From IMG/VR virus record IMGVR_UViG_2684623128_000006, positions 1 to 64,000 of that record: a stretch of 64,000 nt of DNA; one strand, given 5' to 3'. Shown in pieces: positions 10,237-20,578 of the stretch (its first letter is position 1; every line of letters begins with the position of its first letter). Below the pieces are notes generated by a model. That model made no database searches and was not told the origin of the DNA. It was given only the letters and a program-made list of their open reading frames with translations. Source of the DNA: a virus. Taxonomy: Duplodnaviria > Caudoviricetes. The position numbers and the translations under genes were made by a program.

Positions 10237-11550
10237 CTACAGCACTCGGTTGAACTGCTCCACCGCATCAACAACCTGTCTCGCTCCATTTTGTATCTCA
10301 TTCATAACTACACCCGCACTTTCTGATAATTCGAGTGTGTCGAGCGCTTCCTGTTGGCATTTTGCAATCAGCTTAACTGCGTTGTCCGTTCGCTGTAAGT
10401 TTTCACTTACCATTGTGACAATTTCATCGGTGGTTACATTGGTTCTTGTAGCAAGCTGTCTGACTTCATCAGCAACAACGGCAAAGCCTCTACCATGATC
10501 GCCTGCGCGTGCTGCTTCTATCGCCGCATTCAACGCAAGTAGGTTAGTCTGGTCAGCTATACTACTAATACTATTTACTAGCTCGCTGATACGTGCTGAA
10601 TGAGCTTTTAATTCATCAATTGCAGTGTTTGCTTCGCGCATTTGTTCCGACAGTATTTTCATCTTATCGAGTGTGGATCTTATCACTTGCTGCCCTTGCT
10701 GTGTTTGTATCCCCGTCTCTTGGGAAACATCATTAGCCAACTGTGCAGCCTGCGCCATTTTCTGTTCTTGCATTACCTGTTGAGTAATCTCCGTAGCGAA
10801 CTTAACGACCTTATACAACTCACCTCTATCATTATGGATAGGGTTATATGAAGCTTCCAACCATACGGGGTCACCGTAACGATTGAGCCGCTTGAATCGC
10901 TCAGAAACGAAGTGACCAGCAGCTAACCGCTGCCAAAATTGGCGGTAAGACTCAGAGTCAGCTTCCTCTTGTTCACAGAACATACGATGGTGCTTTCCTA
11001 CTACCTGCTCAAGAGAGTAGCCCATTGTTTTTAGGAAATTCTCGTTCGCCTTTAAGACATGACCATCTAATGTGAACTCAATCACTGCCATAGAGCGACT
11101 TATGGCGTTCAGCATATCTACTTGCTCATGAGATGACTTAATTGTTCGTGTAAGTTCTGTCGCAAATACAAAAAAACTCTCCACATTTTCATGCTCATCC
11201 CAAATAGGTTGGATCACCGTTCTCAGCCACGACTCCTCACCATTACCTTTAAGAACCTGTAATGCGCCATTCCAAAACGCTTTATCTTGAACAGCTCGTC
11301 TCATCCTATGAAAGTGCTCTGTACCTCGCGCGTTAGGTGGCACTAATTCTGAAATGCACTTATTTAAAACATCAGCATCATTTAACAGCATTTGTTGCTG
11401 TAAATTAGTATTTATTGAAGTAATACAACCTTTGCCATCGAGTGTTAAACAAAGCATTTCCTCATTTAAGCTGCTATGGATCTGTTGCAGGCTATGTAAA
11501 TCCTGCTTTAATCTTTGGTTTTCTTTCTGAAGCGATTTGTTGAAAAACAT
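10237..11550 (-). CDS. Cytoplasmic PAS-PAS methyl-accepting chemotaxis protein (BdlA-like)
   Basis: Two PAS/PAC domains ([20 protein letters not shown]), MCP signature [20 protein letters not shown], no TM segment. Confidence 0.9.
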   Translation of the reverse strand: MFFNKSLQKENQRLKQDLHSLQQIHSSLNEEMLCLTLDGKGCITSINTNLQQQMLLNDADVLNKCISELVPPNARGTEHFHRMRRAVQDKAFWNGALQVLKGNGEESWLRTVIQPIWDEHENVESFFVFATELTRTIKSSHEQVDMLNAISRSMAVIEFTLDGHVLKANENFLKTMGYSLEQVVGKHHRMFCEQEEADSESYRQFWQRLAAGHFVSERFKRLNRYGDPVWLEASYNPIHNDRGELYKVVKFATEITQQVMQEQKMAQAAQLANDVSQETGIQTQQGQQVIRSTLDKMKILSEQMREANTAIDELKAHSARISELVNSISSIADQTNLLALNAAIEAARAGDHGRGFAVVADEVRQLATRTNVTTDEIVTMVSENLQRTDNAVKLIAKCQQEALDTLELSESAGVVMNEIQNGARQVVDAVEQFNRVL

Positions 11551-11913
11551 GACTCTCTCGTTTAATTAGCTTCAACGCTAATTCACATTTTATTCTTTGT
11601 ATTTTCATTACCTTAATAAGCACGAACATATTCAAAATTCCATTGCATACCAGCCCACATCTAGTTAATAGCGTGAGCTTATCAGGTTATTTTTTTACGG
11701 CACTCATTGTGGGCAGTATACTTAATTATCCTAATGACCCAAGCGATTTTGCTTCCAGGCTGACCTTTACAAACAAGCTTGTTGCTGAAATTGGCACCTC
11801 TCTACTTTTCATGCTTTGAGTAACATTATGTATTCTCTGCACTTCGATTGGGGCAACAATAGATAAGTGATAGCATTGCCTAATATCTCAACCGAAACAA
11901 TTAAGGATTTAGC

Positions 11914-12234
11914 ATGGACGACGCACAGTTTGAGCTAGGGAAAAAGGATGGTTACTCAGCTGGAACGCTTGTATCAGGGCTTGCTATGAGCGAAAAACCT
12001 CAGAGTTATGCTGTAGGTTATATTGCTGGATATGCATCGTACGTAGCTAGCATGGAGCATGGAATAAAGAGAGCAGCATACGAGTCAGGAAAGCTTGCTT
12101 TTAGATACCGTGTTGATAGGGATGTTATCAAGGCCATTGTCCTCGATGACATTCTAAAGACTACAGATAATGCCACTTATGAATGGTTCGAGAATGGTGT
12201 AGAGGCAGAGCTCGAAGACTTCGATAAAGATTAA
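11914..12234 (+). CDS. DUF2623/YghW-like small protein
   Basis: YAVGYIAGY...AAYESGKLAFRYRVD pattern; AAGGA RBS. Confidence 0.5.
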   Translation: MDDAQFELGKKDGYSAGTLVSGLAMSEKPQSYAVGYIAGYASYVASMEHGIKRAAYESGKLAFRYRVDRDVIKAIVLDDILKTTDNATYEWFENGVEAELEDFDKD

Positions 12235-12244
12235 CCCTATACCG

Positions 12245-12382
12245 AAGACCAAAGGGCTGACCCTCTTTCGAAGATCAACCCTTTGCCCTCTTTGGGAGCC
12301 TGTAGGTTTTACCCTACAACGCTTGCACAACCTTATTAAACAAGCGCACCGTATAGGAAGTCGTATCCGTCACTGTCCTATG
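12245..12382 (-). ncRNA. Candidate structured small RNA under a C1-type operator
   Basis: Promoter TTGTGC(12417-12412)-17 bp-TAGTAT(12394-12389) with the operator in its spacer; about 5 consecutive hairpins. Confidence 0.4.
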
Positions 12383-12455
12383 GAAATAATACTAAACGCA
12401 TTCCGAACACAGCACAATATTAGTTTGTAATTTTATCATTCAATTTCATCACACA

Positions 12456-12946
12456 CTAATTCATATTTGTTTGATGGTTTGCTGGTGGCTTTTCTCTCTA
12501 ACTGGTATCGAAGCGGAGCAGTAAGCCATCCCCAACGTTTATGTCGCCAAATATCGCTAATCGTAGACTGGTGTACGCCGTATTCGTCGGCTAGCGTGTG
12601 TTGGCATACCTGTTTAGTGAATAACAGCTCGTAGATGCGTAGAACTTCACTAGGGGATAACTTGGATGCGCAGTTCTTTCCTCGCCGGTCTACGTTGTCC
12701 TTTACGGCCTTTTCAGCGGGTACGCCAGCCTTAAGGCGGGTAGCTGGTATCGGTGGCGGCGCATAGCTGTCTTGCGGTCATTACCTTGCCTTGGTAGGTC
12801 ACAAGGTGCTTGGTAGCCTCGGCCAGTAGTTCCTCTCCGGTTCGTAGTCCTTTGTGATACGCGCGATAAAGGGAAGTCAATGGATAGCCAGTTAACTGAG
12901 CGAGACGGTACACGCTCATTGGTTGACCCTGATATTGAATACTCAT
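12456..12946 (-). pseudogene. Frameshifted HTH DNA-binding protein gene
   Basis: N-terminal ORF ends TSYPP* at 12731; another frame continues RLKAGVPAEKAV..SKLSPSEVLRIY..LADEYGVHQSTISDIWRHKRW to a stop at 12456. Confidence 0.65.
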
Positions 12947-12960
12947 GGTGGCTCACTCCC

Positions 12961-13599
12961 TTAAGCCACTTTAGCGATTTGCTCATAGATACCAGTAAGG
13001 TGCGTTCTGCCTACCTTACGGTTAAAGCGCATGGATGGTGTTTGTAGACCTTTCTCAGTAAAGAGCACTAAGGCACTGCCGAAGTTCACGCCTTGCTTTT
13101 TGGTGTGTCCATCTGTCTCATAGAACGGGTAACGGCCATCCGGCTTGTAAATCATCGTGGCGTAGCCCTCAACCAAGTCCAGCCACCACGTTGTGAGTTC
13201 TTCATGTGGTAACAGCATCATGCCGTCACGGCCTTTTCTGGCTTGTTCTAGTGCCTTTTCCAGAAACTCAAACTTAAGGTCGAACGGAGGATTGCACCAC
13301 CAGCCATCTTCCCATTCGCCTTGTAGGCCATCGAACCCAACACAAACAGGGTTTAGAAGCTGAGCAGCCTTGTGTTTTGGCTTAAGGCTTGGGAATCCAC
13401 TCGGCTGTTCGTTAATCCAGTCAGGAGCCACGTAGAATCGGTTTACCTTGGCGGTTTGCGGCTCGGCGGCCACGTCTAAAACAAACTCTTTTCCGGTATC
13501 ACGTCGAAAGAGGAATTGAGCATCAAAGAAACAGTCCCAACGAGTCGCCCATTTGTTCTTTGCGCCCTCGACGGTCTTACTTTTGACTAGGTGCGCCAT
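12961..13599 (-). CDS. Phage N6-adenine DNA methyltransferase (phage Dam family)
   Basis: KWATRW, FVLDVAAE, WWCNPPF. Confidence 0.85.
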   Translation of the reverse strand: MAHLVKSKTVEGAKNKWATRWDCFFDAQFLFRRDTGKEFVLDVAAEPQTAKVNRFYVAPDWINEQPSGFPSLKPKHKAAQLLNPVCVGFDGLQGEWEDGWWCNPPFDLKFEFLEKALEQARKGRDGMMLLPHEELTTWWLDLVEGYATMIYKPDGRYPFYETDGHTKKQGVNFGSALVLFTEKGLQTPSMRFNRKVGRTHLTGIYEQIAKVA

Positions 13600-13819
13600 T
13601 CTCTGACTTCTCCCCACTCTTGGCCGCTACCGTAATGCGCTCGATACGTTCTGCGTCCAAATCAATCTTCACTCGCTCTATCTTTGGATAGACCACCAAT
13701 CCATAAAAGCTGTATGTGCCAATACCGACAACAGCCACCAGCGCTAACACAATGGTTATGGCCAGTAGCCGAACGGAGCCGATAAAGACACGTAGCCCTA
13801 TCGCTTTGCTATCACTCAT
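13577..13819 (-). CDS. Small single-TM hypothetical protein
   Basis: Long hydrophobic stretch; overlaps neighbours within the operon. Confidence 0.6.
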   Translation of the reverse strand: MSDSKAIGLRVFIGSVRLLAITIVLALVAVVGIGTYSFYGLVVYPKIERVKIDLDAERIERITVAAKSGEKSENGAPSQK

Positions 13820-14108
13820 GGATGCGTACCATGTCCTTGTAAGCTGAGAACACTACGCTATGCTCGGTTTTTACGCCTAAGCGTTCTTTCGTGGCCGGAT
13901 TGATGGTAGTGCGATCGCGTTCAACGTGACGTAAGCGGCCAAAGCCACGGATTTGAACCTCTCGACCTTTCGCCAGCTCCACCAGCATGTGATTGATCAT
14001 TGCGTCCAGACAATCGCCAATTAGCTCTGCATCATGACCAGTGAGTTTTAAGCCAAGGCGTTTTGAAATGTTTCTCTCGATGTCAGTACGGTTTAGGCGT
14101 GTTGTCAT
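13812..14108 (-). CDS. HU/IHF family DNA-binding protein
   Basis: VQIRGFGRL...INPATKE. Confidence 0.85.
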   Translation of the reverse strand: MTTRLNRTDIERNISKRLGLKLTGHDAELIGDCLDAMINHMLVELAKGREVQIRGFGRLRHVERDRTTINPATKERLGVKTEHSVVFSAYKDMVRIHE

Positions 14109-14431
14109 TAGTTCGCTTCCTTAATCTCGTTTACCATGTTTGCTAGTGCTTCACGGAATACATCCGATGCACTAAAGGTCAGCTTGTCACGCGCAGCTAC
14201 AATCGCTGGTGCTCCCGTTTTTGGATTACGGCCAGCTCGCGCTTTTTTAAGGCGAGGTGCGAACGTACCGAAACCACTAAGCAATACAGCATTGCCCTCA
14301 ATCATGGTTTGAGTTGAGATTTCTTCGATAAAGGCATCAAAAACCAGCTCGCATTCTTCACGTAATGCGCCCGTTTCTTTTTTCATTGCTGAGATCAGTT
14401 CGTGCTTACCTACGGCTTTTTGTTTAGACAC
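14108..14431 (-). CDS. HU/IHF family DNA-binding protein
   Basis: LSGFGTF...RAGRNPKTG...LTFSAS. Confidence 0.9.
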   Translation of the reverse strand: MSKQKAVGKHELISAMKKETGALREECELVFDAFIEEISTQTMIEGNAVLLSGFGTFAPRLKKARAGRNPKTGAPAIVAARDKLTFSASDVFREALANMVNEIKEAN

Positions 14432-14679
14432 GCTAAGTCCTCTTGAATATCTTTCAGATAAATTCCGTGCTGTTGGCCTAGAAGATTAATGGCGTAAAGA
14501 ACCAGTTCTTCTCGACTGCTACAGCCAAGTTCTATTTGGAGTCGCCTAATTTGCTCTCTTTGTGTCGCGCTGGCGCGGTAGTATTGACGTTTGATGTCAA
14601 ACCTAGCCATTTTGGCCAGATGACGACTCCAGCGCTGTTGAGGCGTCAAGGCGTCTTTCTTGGGTTTACGTCCTGCCAT
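14410..14679 (-). CDS. Small basic hypothetical protein (RHH-like), first gene of an operator-controlled early operon
   Basis: GRKPKKDALTPQQR; preceded by TATAAT and tandem operators at 14695/14715. Confidence 0.6.
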   Translation of the reverse strand: MAGRKPKKDALTPQQRWSRHLAKMARFDIKRQYYRASATQREQIRRLQIELGCSSREELVLYAINLLGQQHGIYLKDIQEDLACLNKKP

Positions 14680-14798
14680 GCGACGATTATAACCATTCCG
14701 AACACGCCGTAAACATTCCGAACATGATTTCTGTTTTTAATACAAAAAAATACCGCCTAGATAGGCGGCATTTGTGGAAAGATGTTCAAGGATTGGCG

Positions 14799-15497
14799 TT
14801 AAGCTCGTTTGAACTCCGAAAAGTGGCTGCGCATGCCATCACGAACTTTGAGAGGCGTTTTGCGCAGCTTGGCGCGTGTCGCTGTGTCGTATAAGTATTG
14901 TTCCCATTCCCAATAGGACATATCACGTAGTCGGCCTACTGGCTCACCAACACTATTCATGAATATGTAAGTGTTCTTGGCTTGGCCGTTCGGGATTGAG
15001 TTGCCATTACCATCCAATATCTCAAAGACCCCTCTCGCACCGACAAACGTCACGGTCAGACCATATTGTGCCGCTGTAGCATCAATCATTGCGCTAGTGA
15101 GGTAAACATTCTCGCCAAAGATTTTAGTACGGAGGATTTCACGACGATATTTCTTAATGTCTCGAACCCATTCAAAGATAACGCAGCGAGTATGTGGCGT
15201 TCGGATGTTGGTTTTTACTTTGATTAGACCAGCATCGAATAGCATTCTAATGACTCGATAGTTGATCTTCTCTCTTGGTGCAATTGTGTCGCCAGTAGCA
15301 TCGTAGTCACAAATATGACCACCAGTAAGCCAACGATACGCTTGAGCGCTACCAAATTCCCCTGCGGGAGCATAGCTTAGCAACAACTTGTCATAGTAAA
15401 GGTAATCGCATAGGAAGTTACGGACTACCTTTGTTGCTTCTAACACGTCTAAATCAACTGGCTTTTGGCCAATGCTGTGATATTCACTCGCTAACAT
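14799..15497 (-). CDS. Hypothetical phage protein
   Basis: 232-aa ORF in operon, followed by a terminator at about 14745-14773. Confidence 0.65.
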   Translation of the reverse strand: MLASEYHSIGQKPVDLDVLEATKVVRNFLCDYLYYDKLLLSYAPAGEFGSAQAYRWLTGGHICDYDATGDTIAPREKINYRVIRMLFDAGLIKVKTNIRTPHTRCVIFEWVRDIKKYRREILRTKIFGENVYLTSAMIDATAAQYGLTVTFVGARGVFEILDGNGNSIPNGQAKNTYIFMNSVGEPVGRLRDMSYWEWEQYLYDTATRAKLRKTPLKVRDGMRSHFSEFKRA

Positions 15498-15523
15498 GAG
15501 ATAACTAAGCCCTTTTTATATAC

Positions 15524-16252
15524 TTATGCGGCTAGTCTAGTTTTGTTATCAAATGTTGGCAATTGGAGATAGCTATTAATTTGACAAATGCACTCATCAA
15601 ACCCCTTGGCCACAACCACGTAATACCCTAGATTTTGGAACATTTTTATCTTTTCCTGTTGTTCCTTACTTGGGCGACCTTTTTCCGTTTTCACCTCCAA
15701 AAAGAACCCGTGATACACCCCTCTCGGGATAGGAAAAAATATATCTGGCACACCTTTCTTTTGTCCCTCATAGCTCATCATCGAAGCCGCTTTAGGTGTT
15801 CGGTAGCCACCATTAGGGATTGAGAAAACCAGCGGGTAAATGTCCTTGTACTGCGTCTCTAACGTGTAGAACAAACGCACCTGTAACCAGTGTTCGGCCA
15901 GCTTCGTGTCGTTAAACTCTTTCGGGCGCTTAATCCCTTGTGCAAGGCGCGTTTTGTGTGGTGAATCCAGTTCCACTTTCTTCTGTGTCGCAGCGCGCGC
16001 AACGTCAATGTCTTTCTCAAGAATACGAATGAGCCAGGCTGGTAGCTCTGACTTGTCCACCAGCGCAGTATTTGGGACGTTTATCGATACCGGATTGATG
16101 ATGTGATTAACAGAACGGTTAATCTCGTTAAGTGCTGCATCAATATTGAAGTCGCCGCCGTGGCCAGCTTTCACGCCTTTGCTTTTCCACTTCTTGCGCT
16201 TAGCAACTTGGTTTGCGAGAAAAGAGTGATCGAATCGTGATGCTCTGACCAT
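15524..16252 (-). CDS. VRR-NUC domain nuclease
   Basis: SIPNGG, GVPDIFF, FLEVKTEKGRPSKEQ. Confidence 0.88.
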   Translation of the reverse strand: MVRASRFDHSFLANQVAKRKKWKSKGVKAGHGGDFNIDAALNEINRSVNHIINPVSINVPNTALVDKSELPAWLIRILEKDIDVARAATQKKVELDSPHKTRLAQGIKRPKEFNDTKLAEHWLQVRLFYTLETQYKDIYPLVFSIPNGGYRTPKAASMMSYEGQKKGVPDIFFPIPRGVYHGFFLEVKTEKGRPSKEQQEKIKMFQNLGYYVVVAKGFDECICQINSYLQLPTFDNKTRLAA

Positions 16253-16254
16253 AA

Positions 16255-16657
16255 CTAGATAAGCCCTTGTACAACTAAAATCTCTTGCTCCTTACGGCGG
16301 TTGAAGTAGGCAAACACCTCGTCCTTGGTGAATTGCTTAGATACCACTTTGCGGCGGCCACCTTGCGAGAAAACACGCTTAGCAATGTCCTCAGATAGCG
16401 TCCAACAAAGTGCGGTTTCGATTTCGGATTCGTCATTGATAGCTCGGTAGGCCGTGATCACCTTGGGTAGCTTGGCGAACGCCTTGCGCTCTGACGATTT
16501 CATCAAGCTTGCGCGTCATCGATTCACGAACATTTCTTAAATGGTCAAAATAAAAACTTGGACTTAAGTAGACACGCTTGTTTTCCTCGTCAAATTTAAA
16601 AGACATCCCTTTAACAAGTCTTGTTCCGCAATGTTGCTCAGTCATTGTTTTACTCAC
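16255..16657 (-). pseudogene. Probable frameshifted or split hypothetical gene
   Basis: ORF 16433-16657 and ORF 16255-16506 (ERKAFAKLPKVITAYRA..CWTLS..VFAYFNRRKEQEI) overlap in different frames. Confidence 0.45.
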
Positions 16658-17108
16658 TCTTAAAAAATACGTGTTTATACTCAGGTTTGATTGGTTGTAA
16701 GCCCTCTACAGACTCCACTCGGTCGCACTCTCGAAAGAACGACAACATAGGGCAATACGATGAATTGATACCTCTCATTACCTTGCACACCTCTTGGAAT
16801 ACCAAGGCGCTCTCATACTGCTCTGTCGAGCAAGCCGTAAAGAACATCGGATTGACCACCAGCGAGCCGCTAGAATCGGTTTGTGCCGCAGAACTGTTAG
16901 CAACAATCATTGGCACGGTCATCATTAAAGCAGCATTCGCCGCCGTGCTTGTTGTGCTGGTGGATGCTTTGATTGGCGTTGCCGGACGAACAGGCGCAGG
17001 AGCAACACGAACTGGCATAGGTGCAACTCGAACAGGGGTTACTACTGGCGCTGAATGCGCTTGAAAAGCGGCCAGCAAGGCCGCCGCTAGTGTAAATTTT
17101 CTCAGCAT
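16650..17108 (-). CDS. Secreted protein with Pro/Val-rich repeats and Cys-containing C-terminus
   Basis: Signal peptide (AAFQAHS); PVRVAP repeats. Confidence 0.65.
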   Translation of the reverse strand: MLRKFTLAAALLAAFQAHSAPVVTPVRVAPMPVRVAPAPVRPATPIKASTSTTSTAANAALMMTVPMIVANSSAAQTDSSGSLVVNPMFFTACSTEQYESALVFQEVCKVMRGINSSYCPMLSFFRECDRVESVEGLQPIKPEYKHVFFKSE

Positions 17109-17695
17109 CAGTGAATAGTCTCCCCGTTAGCTACAACTCGTTGAACGTTCTTAACTTCTAAGGTTGAATCCGGCTTGGTTTCCACTTTCAGCATGTCAAG
17201 CATATCCATAACAAGGCTAAGCATCTGCTTAGTTTCTTCTGACGTACCACCAAGGCGATCATCTGCCGATTTAATGTTGTCTTTGAGCTCATTCGTCAGG
17301 TAATCGCAAGCTTGTTGAGATAGGTTCGTTAACACCAAAGGCAAGTGCATTTCGGGATCAAATTCTTCCTCCCCCTTGTACACATATTCCAATTCATTAG
17401 CGGCACTCATCGCCAATTGGAATAGCTTGCTGTCCATCAGTAGCGTTTCAGCAATCTTGGTAGCTACTCCCACGACTACTTGAGGCGGTACTGCATCTTT
17501 GTCGTTCTCGTCATACTCGTACACCTTGCTTACGTGCATTGGAATTGCTTGAAGAACCACATCACGCACAGCGCGGTAATGGTCGTAATAATAGGGAGCC
17601 ATCAAAACCACTCCGCCTGTTTCGGGATTAAAACCGACCATCATTGTGTTAACTTCGCAGGATGTTTCGAACTGTGCTTGAGTGTTCATGCTCAT
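17108..17695 (-). CDS. Acidic hypothetical protein
   Basis: ATG at 17695 with GAGG RBS. Confidence 0.65.
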   Translation of the reverse strand: MSMNTQAQFETSCEVNTMMVGFNPETGGVVLMAPYYYDHYRAVRDVVLQAIPMHVSKVYEYDENDKDAVPPQVVVGVATKIAETLLMDSKLFQLAMSAANELEYVYKGEEEFDPEMHLPLVLTNLSQQACDYLTNELKDNIKSADDRLGGTSEETKQMLSLVMDMLDMLKVETKPDSTLEVKNVQRVVANGETIH

Positions 17696-17775
17696 GCCTC
17701 TCGCTTTCTGGCTTAAACAATTTATTAAGGGTAGGAAAAGCAAGGGAGCGTATCCCTTGCGGGTTTAAATTTTTC

Positions 17776-17973
17776 TCAGTATTTGTGGCTTTGGTGCGCC
17801 AAGTGTGTGTATTCCTTTTCCAGCATGTACCCTTTGCTGCATTTCTCGCATCGATGCGCAAACTCATTATCGACGCGCACCTTACCTAATCGAACTACAT
17901 TGCCTTTACACTGCTCGTCATCGCATTGGTACGTCACTAACACGGCTGAAAATGGCTTGTATGTCTCGCTCAC
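17776..17973 (-). CDS. Small zinc-ribbon protein
   Basis: CDDEQC...HRCEKC; ATGA coupling to the upstream gene. Confidence 0.65.
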   Translation of the reverse strand: MSETYKPFSAVLVTYQCDDEQCKGNVVRLGKVRVDNEFAHRCEKCSKGYMLEKEYTHLAHQSHKY

Positions 17974-19373
17974 TTACGCTTGCCTCGTTTCTGGTTACGT
18001 TTAGGCTTGCTTGGTTTCTTTGGTGTGTCAGGAATACGGCCACCAGCGGAATGCAGCGCGTACTCTGTATTGAATCGTTTGTTGATGCGCTTAATTAGGC
18101 TTACGCTGCGTGGAGCAAGCTCTTTCGCACGTTCAATGTGTGTTAGCGCTCGGTTTAGCTCATGTTGAGGCACGTAATCACTTAAGCGCTGCGCAATCTC
18201 TACTAGGTTCACTTGGGTACACCAATCCAAATCGAGGACTTTGGCCACACTCACGACTTTCTTTGTGCGCTTAACTGCACGGTCTAAAGCTCGCTCAATT
18301 TGGTCTACTGGTACTTGCTTAGCGGCCTCGGTAAATTCTTCCCAATACTCCTGTGGAAGTAGGCACGATTCGTGTAGCAGCTTAGACATACATAGGGAAC
18401 CATCTTCACCAATGTAAGCCGTGTGGCCAGCTCCGGTATGCGTGTTCATTAGGTAAATCAGACCAAAACGCTGATCCGGTTTGCCTAGACCCTCTTGAGG
18501 CTGAATCGCTGTCGCCTTGCAAAGCATGTAGGCTTGCCAGTTACCGCCTTTCCAAACGGATTTAAGATCGTGGTATTGAACCGCTTCACCTAGATATAGG
18601 TTGTCGTTGCGCAGTTCTTCGTTTTCGTGAGCAATGATCGCTGCGTAGGCCAACACCTCATCAATGTTGTGCATCACGTAGTGATAGTTCTCGTCAGCGT
18701 TCTTCAATCCCTCGCTCATGCTGTTGATTTGCTCGGTTTGAGTCGCCACCAGCTCACTTAGCATTTCGATGTGCTCTTTGCTCTTGGTGAGCTCTGATTC
18801 AGTGGCCTTGTATGCCTCATCCAGTGTCACGTTCTTAGCGGCGGTTGCTTTGCGTTTGTCCTCGGCAATGCGTAGTTGCTCTTGAACACTCTCAAGTTGC
18901 TGATTAAGCGATTCCAGTTCATCAGATGATGCCACTTGGTTAGCCAATGCAGCGGCTACCTTGTTCTCCACCAGCTTAGGAATGCCGTCCAATTCTTGTT
19001 GAGCGTGACGCAACTCAGTGGTAAGGCGTTTGATCTCTGCTTCTAGGCGTTGGTTGTCCTTACCTAGACGCTCGTTTTTTTTGTGTAGCTCGGCTGCGAT
19101 CTGCTCGGCCTCATTACGTTTTTTACGCATCACCTCAGTACCAGCCATTGCGCGGTCACGCGCTGCAAGGATTTCGGTACGTTCATCAAGCATTGCCTGA
19201 TATTTTTGCTTTAGCGCCTCGTCGGCCTTGGCCGTGCGTTGGGATAGTTTGAATTGCAAGTCATCGATGATGTGCTGCATCAAACCAACAAGCGGGATCT
19301 CAAATTCTTTGATTTCAATTGGCGAATTTTCAGGAAGCCCCCACGGAAGCTCTACAGTAAAAACATCGCTCAT
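17970..19373 (-). CDS. Coiled-coil hypothetical phage protein
   Basis: 467 aa with long heptad-rich N-terminal half and basic tail. Confidence 0.7.
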   Translation of the reverse strand: MSDVFTVELPWGLPENSPIEIKEFEIPLVGLMQHIIDDLQFKLSQRTAKADEALKQKYQAMLDERTEILAARDRAMAGTEVMRKKRNEAEQIAAELHKKNERLGKDNQRLEAEIKRLTTELRHAQQELDGIPKLVENKVAAALANQVASSDELESLNQQLESVQEQLRIAEDKRKATAAKNVTLDEAYKATESELTKSKEHIEMLSELVATQTEQINSMSEGLKNADENYHYVMHNIDEVLAYAAIIAHENEELRNDNLYLGEAVQYHDLKSVWKGGNWQAYMLCKATAIQPQEGLGKPDQRFGLIYLMNTHTGAGHTAYIGEDGSLCMSKLLHESCLLPQEYWEEFTEAAKQVPVDQIERALDRAVKRTKKVVSVAKVLDLDWCTQVNLVEIAQRLSDYVPQHELNRALTHIERAKELAPRSVSLIKRINKRFNTEYALHSAGGRIPDTPKKPSKPKRNQKRGKRK

Positions 19374-19429
19374 AGGAAAATTTCTCTACTACTCAAAAAT
19401 TGGGATAAGGGAATAGGGTTAAAGTTTTC

Positions 19430-19729
19430 TTATTCTTGGTTAGCAAAGAGCTCAAGGCGTTCTTCTAAGTCATCCAGCCAAACCAGTATTTCGCTACCTT
19501 TGTGAACGTAGTCGAGGTCGCTGTCTTGGATTAGTTCGGCCACATGACGCGAACACCCGTTTACTTCTGCCGCGATCGCACGGTTACTGAAATAAAAAGC
19601 ACTTAGTGTGTCAGTAAAATCCGTTTCGCCTGTCGCCTCGCGCATTTCCATAAGCGCTTTAATGGTCATTCGACGCAACACAATCAGTAAGTCGCCTTGA
19701 GTTGCTAAAGCTAAATTTTGTTTACTCAT
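19430..19729 (-). CDS. Hypothetical protein
   Basis: 99-aa ORF directly downstream of ssb. Confidence 0.6.
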   Translation of the reverse strand: MSKQNLALATQGDLLIVLRRMTIKALMEMREATGETDFTDTLSAFYFSNRAIAAEVNGCSRHVAELIQDSDLDYVHKGSEILVWLDDLEERLELFANQE

Positions 19730-19732
19730 CGT

Positions 19733-20272
19733 TTAAGCCGCCACGTAACTCAGCATCTTGTAATGACGGAACTCGTTCTGGAACGGTATTTCATCGTCAA
19801 AGTCCATTGGTGGCTCGCCGTATTGCTGTTGAGATTGATCCCAACCACCCTGTTGCTGTGGTGAATGCTGTGGTTGTTGAGGTTGACCCCAACCGCCTTG
19901 TTGTTGCTGGCCACCAGCTCGGTTATTGCCAAGCATTTGCATCACGCCATTAAAGCCTTGAACTACTACCTCTGTGCTGTAACGGTCTTGGCCTTGCTGG
20001 TCTTTCCATTTGCGAGTCTGCAATTGCCCCTCGATGTAAACTTGTGACCCTTTGCGTAGGAACTCCCCCGCCACTTCGGCCAACTTGCCGAACAACACCA
20101 CTCGATGCCACTCGGTTTTTTCTCGGTTCTCCCCTGTCGCTTTATCGCGCCAAGTTTCGGATGTAGCGATCGTGATATTCGCTACTGCACCGCCATTTGG
20201 TAGGTATCGGATTTCGGGATCTGACCCCAAGTTACCAACCAGAATGACCTTGTTAATGCCTCTTGAAGCCAT
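19733..20272 (-). CDS. ssb: Single-stranded DNA-binding protein
   Basis: [23 protein letters not shown]; DFDDEIPF near the C-terminus. Confidence 0.97.
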   Translation of the reverse strand: MASRGINKVILVGNLGSDPEIRYLPNGGAVANITIATSETWRDKATGENREKTEWHRVVLFGKLAEVAGEFLRKGSQVYIEGQLQTRKWKDQQGQDRYSTEVVVQGFNGVMQMLGNNRAGGQQQQGGWGQPQQPQHSPQQQGGWDQSQQQYGEPPMDFDDEIPFQNEFRHYKMLSYVAA

Positions 20273-20275
20273 TCG

Positions 20276-20578
20276 TTATTCTCCGGTATCTCTCTTTACC
20301 GCTTTGTCTCTGTTAGAAATCGCATCACCAAAGAACAAATAACCCACGTCTGTACTTGTGTAGACCGCTATCAGTTCTAGGTTTTGCACCCTTGGGTTCA
20401 CTTCGCCATTCTCGATTTTTCGATAAGTGTCTGGTGATAACCCGATTAACCTGCTCATTTCGAGTATGGTTAAATCTGCATGCCGTCTCGCTCGCTTGAT
20501 TCGCGCTGCACGTTGCTGTCGATACTCAAGCGATTGGATTCGAGCGGCCTGTTTAATCTTTGCGTCTCGCATTTTCAT
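20276..20578 (-). CDS. XRE-family HTH protein
   Basis: RIKRARRHADLTILEMSRLIGLSPDTYRKIENG. Confidence 0.85.
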   Translation of the reverse strand: MKMRDAKIKQAARIQSLEYRQQRAARIKRARRHADLTILEMSRLIGLSPDTYRKIENGEVNPRVQNLELIAVYTSTDVGYLFFGDAISNRDKAVKRDTGE

